64,000 bases of DNA from Phoronis australis (taxonomy: Eukaryota > Animalia > Phoronida), in NCBI GenBank assembly GCA_002633005.1, contig NMRA01000767.1:1-64000 (forward strand). Reading direction: 5' to 3'. This document shows positions 12,901-27,900 of the stretch, piece by piece (positions within the stretch are counted from its first letter, which is position 1; the number at the start of each line of letters is the position of its first letter). The notes beneath the pieces were generated by a model. That model was not told the origin of the DNA. It made no database searches and saw only the letters and a program-made list of their open reading frames with translations. The translations under genes and the position numbers were made by a program.

Positions 12901-15900
12901 TGCATCCACGAAGGCACCACAAACAGTGTGCTTCTAGGGGTGCTTATTTGTATCACAGACATGCGTACTTGATGGCGCAAAATAGGTCGAATCCATCCAA
13001 AAACTCAGAACAACATTCACTTCACCAGAATCACACCCCCTTAGATGCACAGATGGTCATGACAGACCTAAGTACCTGACTCACCTGAGTGAGGAGGACA
13101 AGTCAGTGATTGGGACAGATGCCTGGTCCTTGTGCTTTAGACTAGCATTACGGAACAATGTATCTAGGTCTATAGAGGGCGCTGCACCTGTGGAAAGATG
13201 TTGACAGACATTTCAGACAGTACACTTGACACAAAAATTTGACATATTTAACTAGCCTTCTATCAGCCATGATGCTGACTAGATTATGTATAAAAAGAGA
13301 AACACTTTTTTAAAACACAAGGTAAATAAGCAAATTGTAAACTGCTGCATCAGGAGGCACTCACTGTTAAGACGACAATTTTCTAAATAAATCATTTTTG
13401 TGTCAAGATTTACATCATCCAACACTTCTGAAAATGATCATTCAATTACGATTCCCAAAATTTTCATGTTAGAAAATGTTATGAGAAAATTTTGAGAAGC
13501 AGTATCTTCAACACTTTTCTGTTCGACCTTGAAGTTAAGACCAAGGTCACCAAAATTGACAGGCAAAATTGTTGTAAATTTACACACTCCAACGCCCCAG
13601 CTAGAAAAGATACACTCACCTAGCTGTGAACTGTCAACAGACGGTGCTCTGACTGGCTTTGGTTTCACAATATTAGGCGACTTGTGTGATGTGGCATGGC
13701 TATTGTTGCCAATTGGTTTAGGATCAGAACTCTGACAAAGAGTACACAGCAATACATGAGTTGTTTAGCAAATCACAGATAATCAACACTGAAACTCAGG
13801 AACTACGTGCTTATGTAAGGTTGTGTAGGACTCTACAAATAGCCCAGCCCAATTTGGCTGAATTCGAAACATATCTCAGAAGTGGCTGCTCGGATTCATA
13901 TTAAACTTATGGATAATGTTATTTATGCAGTCTTCTCCAAAATGCAATAAGGAATTGCTTTGAAAATACTCCACTTTTGCAGGAAAGGCCATAAGAATAA
14001 TAAACATGAGATTTTCATGGTCTTCATGAGAACAGACAAAAATTGCATAAAACAAAACAATAATTTAAAAAAACTGTTTTTAAATACCCATTCTTGACTG
14101 AATGCACACTTGGTTTTTTATTTTCTCAAATAAAGCGCTCCAGGTGCTAACCCAGATGAGCAAGGTCATTTAGTTATTGTCTTAATTCTCAACCTGTTTT
14201 AATTCATGATTGTACCTTTGTTACGTATATTTCATTGTTTTATTACTTCATTGTATTATATTACTGTTTTTCTTGTTGAGGGCCCTCTTGGAAAGCAGTG
14301 CTATCACTGAAGAGGCCACCCTCATTTTAAATATCACAATAATAAATAAATAACTAGATAAAGGCAATCCCACGAGTTAAACTCACGACTGACAAATGCA
14401 CATGAATGTCCCCTCCAACAGCAGCCACACCTGGCTGTTACAATACCCACCCTACTGGTGTCATATTCTTCCTGTGCTCTAGACAGCAGCTGCAGTATGT
14501 CCACCCCCTTCTGTTTGCTTGTGTGGTTCATGCTCTCACCACCAGATGTCAGCTGCCTGCCAGACTTAGGGACGATCTCTGTGATATCGTTAACAAGTCT
14601 AAAACACACAAATGTTTCAGCTTTACCAAGGAAACATTACAATAGCTGGTTCATGCACTTCACACGATATCAGAACCTACAGAACAGGACAAAAGTTATC
14701 AGACAAAATACAGCTTCCTGTCATGACAACTAACTATGTCAACAGCAAAAATTCTTGGTCAGGATTATTATAACAACAAAATTAGCAACCTTTCTATAGT
14801 TCTGCTAATTTGCTTTCATTCTTGTTCACGGTGAAGCTACACATAAGATGAATTTAACTTCCATCCAGTCATCACCACAGGGAAGTCCACGTCAGTTTGT
14901 CTGAACACTTATGGAATGTATAGTAAAAGCTGACTACACAGTACTCTAAGAATCTAGCCATGGGTTTAAAATATTGGTCGCAAAATGTGGACCGAACTTT
15001 GACATCATTTTTCGAGAAATTGACTAGATTTGCGACTTGAACAACATTCCCAACTCCACAACGTCACGTCACAACCCTGTTTTTCAGCTCACGTCACTTG
15101 CCTGCTGCTTATCTGCGATTCTAGTGACAATTTTTTAAAACAAGTTCCTTATCAACAAATATGGCTCACTGCAGACATCCTGTGCGGATAAGCAAAACAG
15201 CCGGTAAGTTTTCAAAGGCATGGACCAACCAACGTGTTATAAAATTTTTACACAGAGCAAAATTTTACATATCCTCTATTGCTGACACTACCAGGTTATA
15301 GCAACTGGATCGCTGTCCTATATTCTGGAATTACTCCCACTGAAAACGTAAACATCGTGCCACTGTGTGCTACGTAAATATGGTTGATTTTCATGGGGAG
15401 TACACATCATGGATGGCACAGCCAAGTTCTTGTAAGACAATTTGCCTTTAAGGGATATGACTGAGTAAAAGCACATCTCTGACTGATCAATAGCATCCAG
15501 CAACAAGTAAGTCTTAATTACGTTAAAATGCTTAGTCCATATTCCAAACACAGGGCCAACAAGTACTCCTTATACCCCCAAAAACTTGCACGCTCAAATC
15601 GTTACAAACTTCCACAAGAATTTCCTCTGATTTCGTCCTCAAGTTTATCTTTGCGGTAAAAAATTCAAACCCAATTTGAAAATTCAGTGAAGGATTCTGT
15701 TCGGGTTGAAAACGTCAACCAGAACAATTCTTAGTGTTGGAGCAGATGCAGTCAGGGGTGCTTTGTTGTGGTTTCAACTTTTCTTCAATTTATGCCTCAA
15801 TTAAAATGGAGACATTAGCTTGATGCCACTGGCTATAGGTCACCATGATAATCACCATGAGGTCAATTTTTACTATCAGTCAGTTGGATTCCTGAAAAGC

Positions 15901-18900
15901 CCAATACCTGTTTAATAGTTGGCCAATTCGAGAGCATTCTTCTTTGTTGTAAAACCATATTCCAAAGATTGCTGGAAGACATCACATGATACAATGTAAA
16001 ATAAAGCGGTTGTAAGTATCTATTCACATGCCAATTCAAGAATTGGACAGACATGGGGTGAGTTATCACTGGAGGTTGACTTTTTCAGTTGGGATGAAAC
16101 TGTGACTTGAAATACATGTTGGGGTAATTTTGATGCTAAGACGTGTCGCGAAAGAAGTTATTGATTTGAGACAATATATATCTTAGCAAATGTTATCTAG
16201 CAGATCTAACGGACAAAAACCTGGGCTCGAATCAGAAGTAGGGAGTAAGGGTACATAAATGTGGAGATGCTAATTTCTCTTTTTGGTTATGAAGTACAGT
16301 ATCAAAAGTCGATTCAATGATTCTATTAATTTAATCATAACCAAGATGTCCAATAATTTTCTCTCTAATCTACATCTCTTTACATTGCTTAAACAGACAA
16401 TTTTGTCAAAAGTGCCTAGTATCACACAAGATATCCCCAGGACCACTGCTGCCCCCTGTTGACTGCCTAACTCACAATTGCTGTTCCTGTAAAGTAAAAA
16501 GGGTTCCTGCGGATGGAACTCATGCTCTTTAGTCAGCGGCTCTATCAGGTTGTTTAGGCCCAGTCTGTTGAGGATCATAAAGCCCTTGAAGGGGACGGCA
16601 GACCTGTAAGACAAGACAGTCTTATTAGGGTACCCCAGCGTCTTATTTGAGCACCTCAGCATCTTATTTAAGCACCTCAGCGTATTATTTGTGCACCTCA
16701 ACTTCTGTAGCTGAGTCACGCTGTGTTTGCAGCAAATCAGTTGAAAACTACACAAAAGTCGGTGGACCAGAGGATTACACAGTCTCATTATCAGAATATT
16801 CACACCAAGTTTGTTGACAACTACAATAAGCACCACTGAGACCGTATATCCTGTATTGGCAAACGTCATCACAAAAATTAGCATCTAAATCAGAGTATTC
16901 CAACTAATTCTGTTTGCTGCAGGCATCCAGGAAGCCTTTAAAGCCATACCTGCTTCGATATGTTTGATATGAAAATGACTAGTTCGGAAAACACAATGAG
17001 AAACTGTCAATATCACATAAAGTGGAACTGCCACGCAACGCTTCAAATGTGCTCCAGAAATATTAGGATTTCAGGTAAGTCAAGTTACTAGAAGAATCAA
17101 ACCTCAAAACAACTCGAAGTATTTCAGGGCATAATAACACTTGTCACAATGTCATTTACTGAGTAGACTACAGTTGCCAAACAAGAAGCCGTGCATATCA
17201 ACAGATAGCCTAGAATATGAACACAAAGATCGAAGGATAGCACACTTAAAGAGAAACCCGAGGGCTGATCTTCACCAGAGATACAACACCAAAAACACGG
17301 TTTCAACCACGAACAGAGGAGTATTCTGCAAGCACTTGCCCAAGCACAACTGGATACCCACAGCTGTCTCCTTTTTCTAGGAAACCCCTGATAGAATCAG
17401 CCTGGGAAATCCCCAGGGCATGAATAACGCACAATGCTGTCACCTAGTGATCTCAACACCAAAAGAAAACTTTTCCTGCATACACAAGTACCAAAGTAAA
17501 GATTAGATGGTGATAATCATAGAATAACACACAATGAAAGCAGATTTGATTGGCTTATTTTCACCCCAGTTGATGCAGGTTCATCTCATCAGGTCAGCCC
17601 CTCCCACCTGTCAATCAAACCTCACTTAACAAAACTGAAATACAATACCTTTGAAAAGCTAGTGTAAAAAGTAAAACAGTCGGTCAATATTGAATTGAAT
17701 ACCACGTGTGACTAAAAATTGATTTATTTTCTTGGCATATACGCACTTCACTACGCACTTGGCTACTCGTGGGTTTCACTGCTTGTACAGCTAAGCATGT
17801 ATATATGTATGTGTGCATGAGTATATGGATGTTATCGTTATTAATATCAGCTGGCCCCATGCAGTATCCAGCTATGACAGCATAAACACACACTGACCTA
17901 CACAGGGTACGGAGCCACAAGTGCAACAGTCGATGACAGGAATATGGACAGCCAGCAATGTTGTCAGTAGTTTGTATGGTTCAACTTGACTCATTACTAC
18001 ACAGATAAATTCATCATGTCAATCTAAATATATGGTGGTATCTCCTAACATCTATGCTGCGGCCACTGTTAGTGGTGGTCATGCTCTTTGGAGGTCTTCA
18101 CTGGAACACACGGGGCGTCATCACCTACTTTGACCAGACTGTGAGATCACCTGCATTGTTCCTTAAGCAGGTTTTCAGGAGATAGTGCTCAAGTATTTGC
18201 TCAGGACATCATCTTGGATAAGTTACAGGTCAAAGGTTAATATCCCAGGAAAGTAAATCAGACTCGCTTGGGCAGCAATGTCTAAAGAGGTGAGTGAAAA
18301 GTTTGTTGAGTGAAAAGTTTGTGAAAAGTACTCTTCCATTAAGTGTAAGTATCCTAACAGGTAGTTTTAGTGAATTTGTCATATCACAGCAGGTGAGTGA
18401 GATCTGATTAGTCCAACACTGGACAGATCTGTACAAGTTTAAATATCAAACAAAAAACAATGATATTAGGACAAGCAAAAAAACAATCAAAACGATCTTA
18501 ATATTAGTCAAATATCGTATTGAAAAACAAAGTCTTGAGAATGCACACGAAAAGTACTACAATAACCAAGTAAAGTTACAAAAAATATATTGAAAAAGGT
18601 TAAACTGTCCAGTTTATGGAGAGATGTGAACAAATATGACCTAAGGCTATGGAGGACCCTAGAAAAATGTCCAAATTTGGCTAAATTTGGAATATAGAAA
18701 TGACCAATCAGATTCTAATGAAACTTACTCAAACTACAATTAAAGCACAAGTATCCAAAATGTTAATGGGAATTGTTTGCCGAGTTTTTCCACTTTCTGC
18801 TAGAGGAACTGTCAAAACTGAAAGAGTAGAATAAACAAATAAAATTTTTTAGAAAATTGCAACAGAGATTTTGGGATTTCATCTTGAACATTTATATGCA

Positions 18901-21900
18901 ATGAAATTTGGTCATGTCGTTCGTAATGAGATATCTGCATATTTGACACACAGAGTTGTCAATAAGATCCAACATCGCTTTTAATAATCCTTATTACTTG
19001 GTATGTCTGTATTCCACCTGCCTTTCATCCAGTTTAACTAGCAAAAACAGGAATTTTGAATTGGGCGTTTTACTTGCATGAAATCGGGTACTATGATATT
19101 CCTAACTGTGATGGAGGGTACTATGATATTCCTAACTGTGATGGAGGGGACTATGATATTCCCAACTGTGATGGAGGGTACTATGATATTCCTAACTGTG
19201 ATGGAGGGTATTATGATATTCCCAACTGTGATGGAGGATATTATGATATTCCCAACTGTNGATATTCCCAACTGTGATGGAGGGGACTATGATATTCCTA
19301 ACTGTGATGGAGGGTACTATGATATTCCTAACTGTGATGGAGGGTACTATGATATTCCCAACTGTGATGGAGGGTACTATGATATTCCCAATTGTGATGG
19401 AACTCTATTAGCAGCAAGAATACAGAAACCATTACCAACTCAAGAAAATGCTTTGGGGTTTATTGGGGGTTAGCCAACTCTGAAATTGCGAATTCGAAAG
19501 TTGGAAATGGAAACAGAACGCTGCCACAGAAAGGAATATTGCGACTAGAATTTTACTAGGGTAGAAGACCTACGGGTAATACAATTTTTATTTTTGGCCA
19601 GCTAAACAGGGTGAAATATAGACTATATGTCCAGTGTGAATGTGAATGTGAAGAGTGAATGTAGGACTGGTGAAATATTATATTGCAATTAGTACTTATT
19701 TGTAATAAAGCATCTCTGCACTCATGTGTATGATCGATGTAAAAAATCTTGATAGACTTCTGCACAAGACTTTTCCTTCATTTCGGGCATATAGTAAACC
19801 AGAAAGCGTGTTTGGATAAAGGTGTCTGTGAGTTTGTGTGTGTTCTCCACAGGTTGAACAACTCTACCTAGCAGGTAATGAGGTTACCTGGATAACAAAC
19901 ATGATGCTAGTTCAGGGCTTGCAGGAACCAAGAGTTAATGCACCAGAAGTCTCAAGACACTGACTCACACGGTCAGGGTAGATGAAAGTTTAGCTGACCC
20001 GTAATAAACAAACCAAGCAAAATACAGTATGATGGTTAAATGTCAGAAAAAACAACACTGGTGGAGGGTAAAACAAAGGCACGATAGAGAGGCAGACATA
20101 TGAAGACAGAGAGAGAAATAATGCTCATTAATTTTAGAAACTATATAGTGAGATGAAACACAGGCTTTCTAGTCCTCAACAACTGTTTTCATAGCTTCTA
20201 TTATTTGTAGAGTATCTTCACATCCCAGCAGGGCTTATTAATAATTTACTTATGATCATGGAGTTGCGATAATTCTCCACATCCCTGACATAAAAATAGG
20301 AATTTTCCATCGTTTCAGATTGGTTACCTTGCTGTACATTGTAGGAACTTTACCAAATTTTTATGACATCGGCACAGGGCAATCCCAACTAATAATACTA
20401 AATACTTGTGAGACAGAGGAAATCATTTTTTGCTCAGAAAATTGATAACATGGGCACTTAAACACTTGAATCTGTTCACACATAATATATAACTGTTGCT
20501 TGTCTAAACACACATCAGATAAATAAGGCATCCATAGGCCTAACAAAATAGGTTGTCTCTATTTAGAAAAAGAACACATAAATTATTTGAAATTTAGCCA
20601 TTCAGGGCTCGACGCTATTAAAATCGCCAGGTCGCATTTTGCGACCTAGCCAAAATCCCAGGTCGCATTTTCAAAATCCAGCTCGCATTCGTAAATGCCA
20701 GGTCGCAAAATTTTCCCGCCATTTTTACGCGCCAAAATAGATTTTTTAGATCATCGAGAAAATGTTTGGATTATGCTCTTACCTGCAGCGTTAAATACTC
20801 ACAAATTTCGGATCTCAAAATTGACTTCATTCATGCAGGTACGGCCTTACTGTTCTTCACAACCGCCATTGAAAGACTCTAGAGCGCAAGGCAAGTTGCC
20901 GACGTGAAAGTTGAATGAGTGCTCTCTAACTGACTTGTGCATTCGAGTAGCTAAATTTGCGATGTGAAAAGGGAGAAAATGCCCGTTGAAAAAGTATTCG
21001 GGATTTTGTTAGATCTGGCTTAGTACTGGCTGTCATCAAAGTCGTTAACGATTCAAACTAACTCGGGTAATGGCGAGTTACCTCAGTCCTCAATACCTTC
21101 CAAGTACGGGGAAAATAGGTCAGTCACAAAACGACACGCATGTCACTAATGTTAACTTTCTTTCCGAGGTATAAAACAAAGCCGGGATTTGGTTTTTACA
21201 TATTGTGAAAAGACGTTTTTGAAAACTGAAGTTGTGTAAAATGAAAGTGACACACCATATAAGCTGCGTGTCAATTTTAAACCACACACGATCGTTTGTA
21301 GTGCGCTATGATGGGCGCTAGCTTTAACTGTGGGCGTTTAATTGGAAATTCTCAAATTTAAGGGGGGAGGGGGACTTTTAATAGATCAGTGAGCGCTTAT
21401 TATGAAACACTTTAAAGGTAGGGAGTGGGCTTNACTGCGAATGGCCAGGTTGTCTTTACGTTTCAGCTTCTCATGATTTACGGCGCAAGGGCAGGTCACC
21501 AGTGAAATGTCTCCTAACCTCCATTGGGGGGCACCAGCATGGTGGACAAAAGGGTTTTGGCCAACATTCACCATTCAAAGTCTGGTGTCCAGTGTTCTCA
21601 CTGCATGTATCAAAACATTTTACTGCACCATGACTGAAATGGATGCACCATGTTTAGAGACCTTGAGCCATGTATTAACAAGCTTGGAGTCATGTTTGAA
21701 AAGCTTGATTTTTCTCTGCTTTTAAGCCAAACATGGTTGCGAATGTCCACAATTTTTCACAATATTGTCTTGTGTCGTATGGAATTCAAATAATTTGGAG
21801 AAGAATATTGTCTTTTTGGAAAAGTGAATATTTGGTGTAACACATCTTTTACAGAAAACATTAGAAAATAAAATTTTACTTGTTCGCCATATTGGCGAGA

Positions 21901-24900
21901 TTTTTTCGTAACTCTCGTTGAACTACAGGAGAACAAGGCACGCAAATTGCATCTTGTTTGAATTTTGTCCAGGGAAAACCCTGATGCTCGGGGATGTTTT
22001 AGATGGTTCACTGAACTGAAATCAGATGATGTAGCCAGTACATCCCATTTCTGTGTACAATGGTGCCTAATGAAGGTGCATAATTCCACAATTACCCATG
22101 ATCTGTTTAACAGACACAGTTGATCAACAGCACCAGACTGGAGAAGTTGAGAACCCCTCAGTGCACACTGAAAGTACAGGTACTGGGGTAGAGGGGTAGA
22201 ACATTAAGTTTTGTCAGTGTATTTGGGTTTTCAGAATGGAATTTTAAAAGGACTTGAACAGAATGGGATGACTAAGATATGATGCGCGTATATGCACTTG
22301 AAGGATGATAACAATGAGGGTGATAATGATAATGATGTGTTATTTTATCTAAATGTGTATACATGCCAATTCAAATGCATGAAATGTGCCTTAACATAGG
22401 TTGAATTGTTCACTACCTGTATAACTGTTTCTAAACAAGCCAGTTTTGTCAGTGAACTCAAACTGCCACTACTCCCCTGCTATAGAGCATAAATTGTGTA
22501 CATTTATAAACACAAATCAATTATACAGTGACAGGTTTGTACATTGCTTGTAAAAATAATCAAAGCACTTGTTTTGAATATATATTCAGAAAATTGCCAA
22601 AACTAAATGACTGGCTACTGTACAATAAATGGTTTTAGTCTAGTTAATTTAGAGGGTTTGTCTGTGGCATAAGACAGACAGGCAAACAATATTACCAAGT
22701 GAGTGTTATTATTTAATGAACTGTGACTTTCGGATGTATTGACTGATGAAGATATTTGTGTTTAGATATATATATGCCTGGGATTGAGTAGATCATGATA
22801 CAGTACATTCAACTTGATTCAAGGAATCTCCTTCATGATGCATTGACTGAATGTAGATGTTCGAGATCAGAGATACTGCCTGCAGCCAACTAAACCAAGG
22901 TATGGTAACAAATAGATTGTAGCTTTCTGATATATTGACTGAGATGTTTGTGTTCAGAGATAATTGATGATTGGAATCAACAATATAGCATGATGATATA
23001 CCGCTGATCTCAATCATTAATGATCTCTGAGCACAAATATCTCAGTCAATATATCAGAAAGGTACAGTCTATTTATTATCACACCATGGTTTAGTTGAGG
23101 GATCAGCCATATAACATGGTGCTGTAATAAAGGGTTGTATCTTTGTTACATGTTGACTGACGGCAATATTTGAGTTCAGAGGTGTGCCTGTGATGGACTA
23201 AATCATAGTAATTACTGGATTGTACTGTTTTGATATATTGACCGATGGAGATTTTCTTGGTCAGATATGCTTGCAATACACTATATCAAAGTAAAGCAAT
23301 TAATGGTTAAATACTGACTGATACCGAAAGAGATATTTGTGTTCAGAGATATGACTGGGATCAATTATACAAGCTAGTATGGAAATTAACAGATTGTACA
23401 TTTCTGATACATTGACTGGTGAAGATATTCATGTTCAGATATGCCTGCACTTCATTATATCATGGTATCTATGGTGGTTAACGGATTCTTCCTGAGACTC
23501 ATACATTGACTGATGGAAATATTTGAATTCAAATATGCCTGCAATTCACTATACTGGGATATAGTAGTTCATAGATAATCTTCGCCAAAGGTTGGCTTGG
23601 CTACTGATGGTCTTCCAAACAGATGATTAGTTAGCTGAAATTGCAATTAGAAGGCACAGAAGACACACAGACCAATATTTAAATGACACGCCCACTTTTA
23701 TGATCGACAGTGCCACATTTGATATCATTTCCTCATGTTCTTGTCAGCACTTTATAGCCAGACTGTTCCTACAAAGGACAAGCATGCATCAGAGGAAGAG
23801 GGCTTTGTTTTTATCATTGCATAAATCAATTTATTGTAGTGAGTTAACAACATCAACAACAAACCTTGTTTTAGTTTGACGAGGAAATAAACTATGACAC
23901 TCGGCCAAGTTAATGCCCACCTCTCTACCCCCACCCCCAAACTTTCACACTTAAGTGCCTACAAGACTTATATAATTCATATGAATGAGTGCTACTGCTA
24001 GTGTCCCATAACAAACTCCTTTTTGAGTAATGAACAGTCAATCTCGGCAACACATTGTTATATTCAAACCAAGGAAGTTATTCATTTTTACTGAAGGAGA
24101 CATGAAACAATTCTGTTGACTCATGTTCAATCTAATATTATCATGCTTGAACTAATTGACAGTTCGGAAAAATACAATCCCAATCTTCTCAAACATTCCA
24201 TTTTTAAGCATGCAGGGTCGGCTTAATACCTTCCACAGACAAAGTACGGCAACTCTCACCAAGTGTAATCCTTTCACTGACGGCTGTTTTGTCTGCCTAA
24301 AACATTAGTGTGTGTTTGCAGCTACAAAACTGCTTCCAGAATTGCAATGACATAAAATATCTTCAGGGCAGAATTCTTAGCCTTTTGAGTTTTGTTACAA
24401 AGAAAGCCTGTTGTCGTTTTTAAAAACAGTATGGCTTGTGACGGGTACGCGCCATTTCCTAAAATTTTGCGATAACTCTTGGGAGATGAGGACAGCTTCG
24501 TAGCAGGAAAGTTCATTCAAAAATTCGAAGTGTTGGTCTTAAATACAAAAAACTTGTAACAAAATGGAACCAATTCCGACAAATTGTTGTGACATGTACG
24601 CAGCCTCGTGGCAGCGGAGAACAGCTGATAGAAGAAAAAGCAGGGAAAAAGAAGGTGGTCATGGTTACGTGATGCAATGGCTGAAAGTCGACCCAAAAGA
24701 GAGCACAATTTCAGCAGCAGATAAATGCTAGAATGCCAATTTTTTCAACACTGATAAATAATTTAGTTAACTCAAAGAAGAGACATGTAGCTTTTAATGA
24801 CACTACTTTTGTGACAGGTTTTATTTGGTCATTTTTACATTTGTACAGCTTTGCACCAAGTCTTGGACAGATCTTGCTGATCAAGAATTTTGTCGTAGAT

Positions 24901-27900
24901 ACAAATCTATTCCCTGCATGGAAACTGATGGAATCAGTGGGGAAGTTGCACAAATGTATGCCAAGGCGGCTTACATTGCTGCACCCATACGCCACCTGAC
25001 GTTTTAGCCCAGAAACTGATAACTAGCCTACGTCAAAGAAATGGCACTCAGCTGTCACGCATTGAGGCTTAGGAGAAATTTCGTTGCCACGATATCATAT
25101 GCACCACTTTATGCTGATTGGTTGAGAATTTCTCTGGGGCGCTCGAAGCGGCTACAAATTATGGGTGGTGTAATTTACGACACAATTAATTACTTTCTGT
25201 GGTATGTAAGAAACAAAACCAACATTTTATTAAAAAATACCAGTATTTCTGGTGTAAAAAGGGTGTTTTTGTCGCTGGAGGATCTCTGTAAGACTTTCGT
25301 ATTCAGTGACCTGCTGAGAGAATTGGAATGGGAACGGCTCGCGAACAAGAACATCCCGGGATTGAATCACAATGAATTCTACATTACTTCACAAATACGC
25401 GTTTAAAAAGAATTCAAATCATGTTACCATAGTAGCAGTCAATACGAAGGTATGGGCGATCAATAAGGAGTATTACAATGTAATCTGAATTTATAACCTC
25501 ATAATCTATCAGAATTATATAATAATTGCACTCATCGCACTTTGTATTTTCAACATCATGGTGATGTGTTCTACTGTAGACAAGAGGAAGAGACTGATCA
25601 AAAAGCAATAACACAGTCTGGTCTACAAATACACGAGTCAATAGACCGAGTGTGGCAGGCAGACAATAAGGTAAGAAGTATAGCTTATTGAATTGACAAT
25701 GACCAATGATAATTCGTCGGTTGGTCATTGTCAATTCAATAAGTCAATTCAATAAGTTATGATGTTTCGCCTGTTCTTCTAATGTCCACCTTGTGTCGCT
25801 TAAATGAAAATTGTCCGATTCAACAGATGATAATTTCCAACATTAATATCTTGTGAACTGTGGTACATCTGAACACAAAATAAACTGAATGCCTTTTCAT
25901 GGTTGTCAACCATTTTAACTCAGAGAACCCATTTAATATCATAACAGGCAGGCATTCAGCAACGCTAAGACCTACGCTACGACCGAGCTAAAATCTATCC
26001 AGTCACATGTTCTCATTTAAACTACACAGCGAAATCTCACGTAATCTCGCGTCTTGCTTTTTAGCGAAGTCCTGGCGTTACTGAACGGGAGGCAGATATC
26101 CCATTTATTTTTGTGAACTGTACAAATACTGGATCATTTCCATTAAACCACGTAACATTATCTAACACAACCCGCATTTTATATCACATGTGGTTTATTG
26201 TCATATTCTTCAATATCGTGATAAAAAATCAGGAAAAAAATGCTCACCCACTTATTACATCATAAGTACCTTCGATTTTCTAAAAGCCCTTTCATACTGA
26301 CTTAACTCCGGTCTAAGCAGAGCGTAGACATTAACTCATTAACTGCAAAGTAAACTAAACCATCCTTACTGGCTTCGGTAGTTAAGGAACATCGAAGTAA
26401 ATGGCAGGTGACGCTGTTGTCATTGAAGTAATCGCAAAGTACCATTCTAAGATATTTTTAATGTGACAATTTGGGAACATTTACATGTGCTAATTGACAT
26501 ACAACTTATTTTTAATTCGATTGGTGATTGTTCGAGCAAATTATTAGCAACTATTAGCGAATACACTACCCTTAAATTGGCGAGTACTTTGATGGGACCG
26601 AAGTTGACTGTTCATACTGCAACGCAGCGACGCTGCGCTGTTAAATCCACCAGTTAACTGCAATGTTCATTAGCGCTGTTAGCTTCGATCCAGGACCGAA
26701 GTTAAGCGTTCATACTGACCACAACTCCCCAAACCATCGATGCATGGACGTTAGTATGAAAGACCCTTATAACAACCTTGTTGATCTTCAATTCAATTCT
26801 AGTAAAAAAACAAGCCTCAGGGGTAAAAGTCAGTCATTTCCTGCTTAGCTGCCTTACTCTGCAGCAATCCACTTAACAAGATCACCTTATCAGAGCAGTT
26901 ATGATCAGCCAGCTTCTCGGAACCCGCTTCATGAAATATCCCGCTTATTATAATTTACGTAAAAATCGAGCAGGCTCCAATGTAGTACCAAAGAGCGGCA
27001 TACCAGGGAGTTTAAAAAAATAGCGAATTTATAGTTAAGAACAGAAATTTCGAAAATGTAGAACAAAATATCCATAGATTTTCCTAATGTTTCCAATCAA
27101 AGTTAGCTGAAGCTGTGTTTACCTTACCAACTACCAGCTGTTGATCTGTTGATAAAATGTGACATAATGTACTTACAAGTATCAACTGTCCACCTACTGG
27201 TGAATACTTAGCTTAAGATATAGATAAGTGCTGAAACACAACAACTGTGCTGATTTTTTACACCAAATGTAGAATGTATGGTAGGATAACCAGTTTACAG
27301 CCCAGTGCGCCACCCAAGGTTTCCTTCTAACAGTTAGCGTGTTGCAATGTTAAGCTAGATTGCGCATGAACTTAAACAGCAAAACAGTCAGGATAATACT
27401 AATTTACAACTGCATCAAGACTCACCTAGCCCCCTGCCCCTCCCGCACCCTGTTGGTTAGCAGCCGCTTAAAAAAAGTAGTCTGAAAACCATTGTTTTGA
27501 CACTCTCACGGCACTTGTAGATCACAGGAAGTATAGACATGAGATCTTGTGAAGATGCGAGAACTTGCCAGGTCATCAAGAGCCTGAGCTCCTGAGTTAA
27601 ACGCAATACTTAGTAGCGAAAGCAGCCCACCAGGGGTACTATGGCCATGAAACAGGAAGCAAAACAATTACGAAGATGCAGTTCGTATTTGCATCAGGCA
27701 GCATGGCAGACAAAATTGTTTTACATTTCCGACTTCAACATTTCATTGATAAGTTGTGAAGCATTTGCTAAGTTGGCAATAATTGCCTTTATTTTACCAT
27801 CGTCAGTTCCCCCCAAAATTTGACTAGGGTAGGACTACCTGGCAGTACAAAACAGCTGGTTGTGGAAAAGGGATTACAGGTGGGATCAATACTGTTGTTT

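Noticed and set aside
14955-15835. TAGCCA...TGGCTA-bounded segment as an Academ-like transposon
   Set aside because: Only a 6-bp terminal match and no TSD
16270-16884. 204-aa ORF as an independent gene
   Set aside because: Only 16476-16603 is DCP1-like and it is bounded by canonical splice sites; the rest is intron read-through
19038-19473. Repetitive ORFs (YYDIPNCDGG)n and (TMIFLTVMEG)n; CRISPR-like appearance
   Set aside because: Head-to-tail 30-bp minisatellite with no unique spacers, open in several frames only because the unit is a multiple of 3; eukaryotic intron, no cas genes
25041-25406. 121-aa ORF
   Set aside because: Lies in a transposon-like block and shows no protein-family features
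26248-26279. Possible DCP1 exon 2 (KIEGTYDVIS, gtgagc donor)
   Set aside because: Poor acceptor and poor match; the real exon 2 (EKTEIEGSLFVYTR) is at 30122-30162
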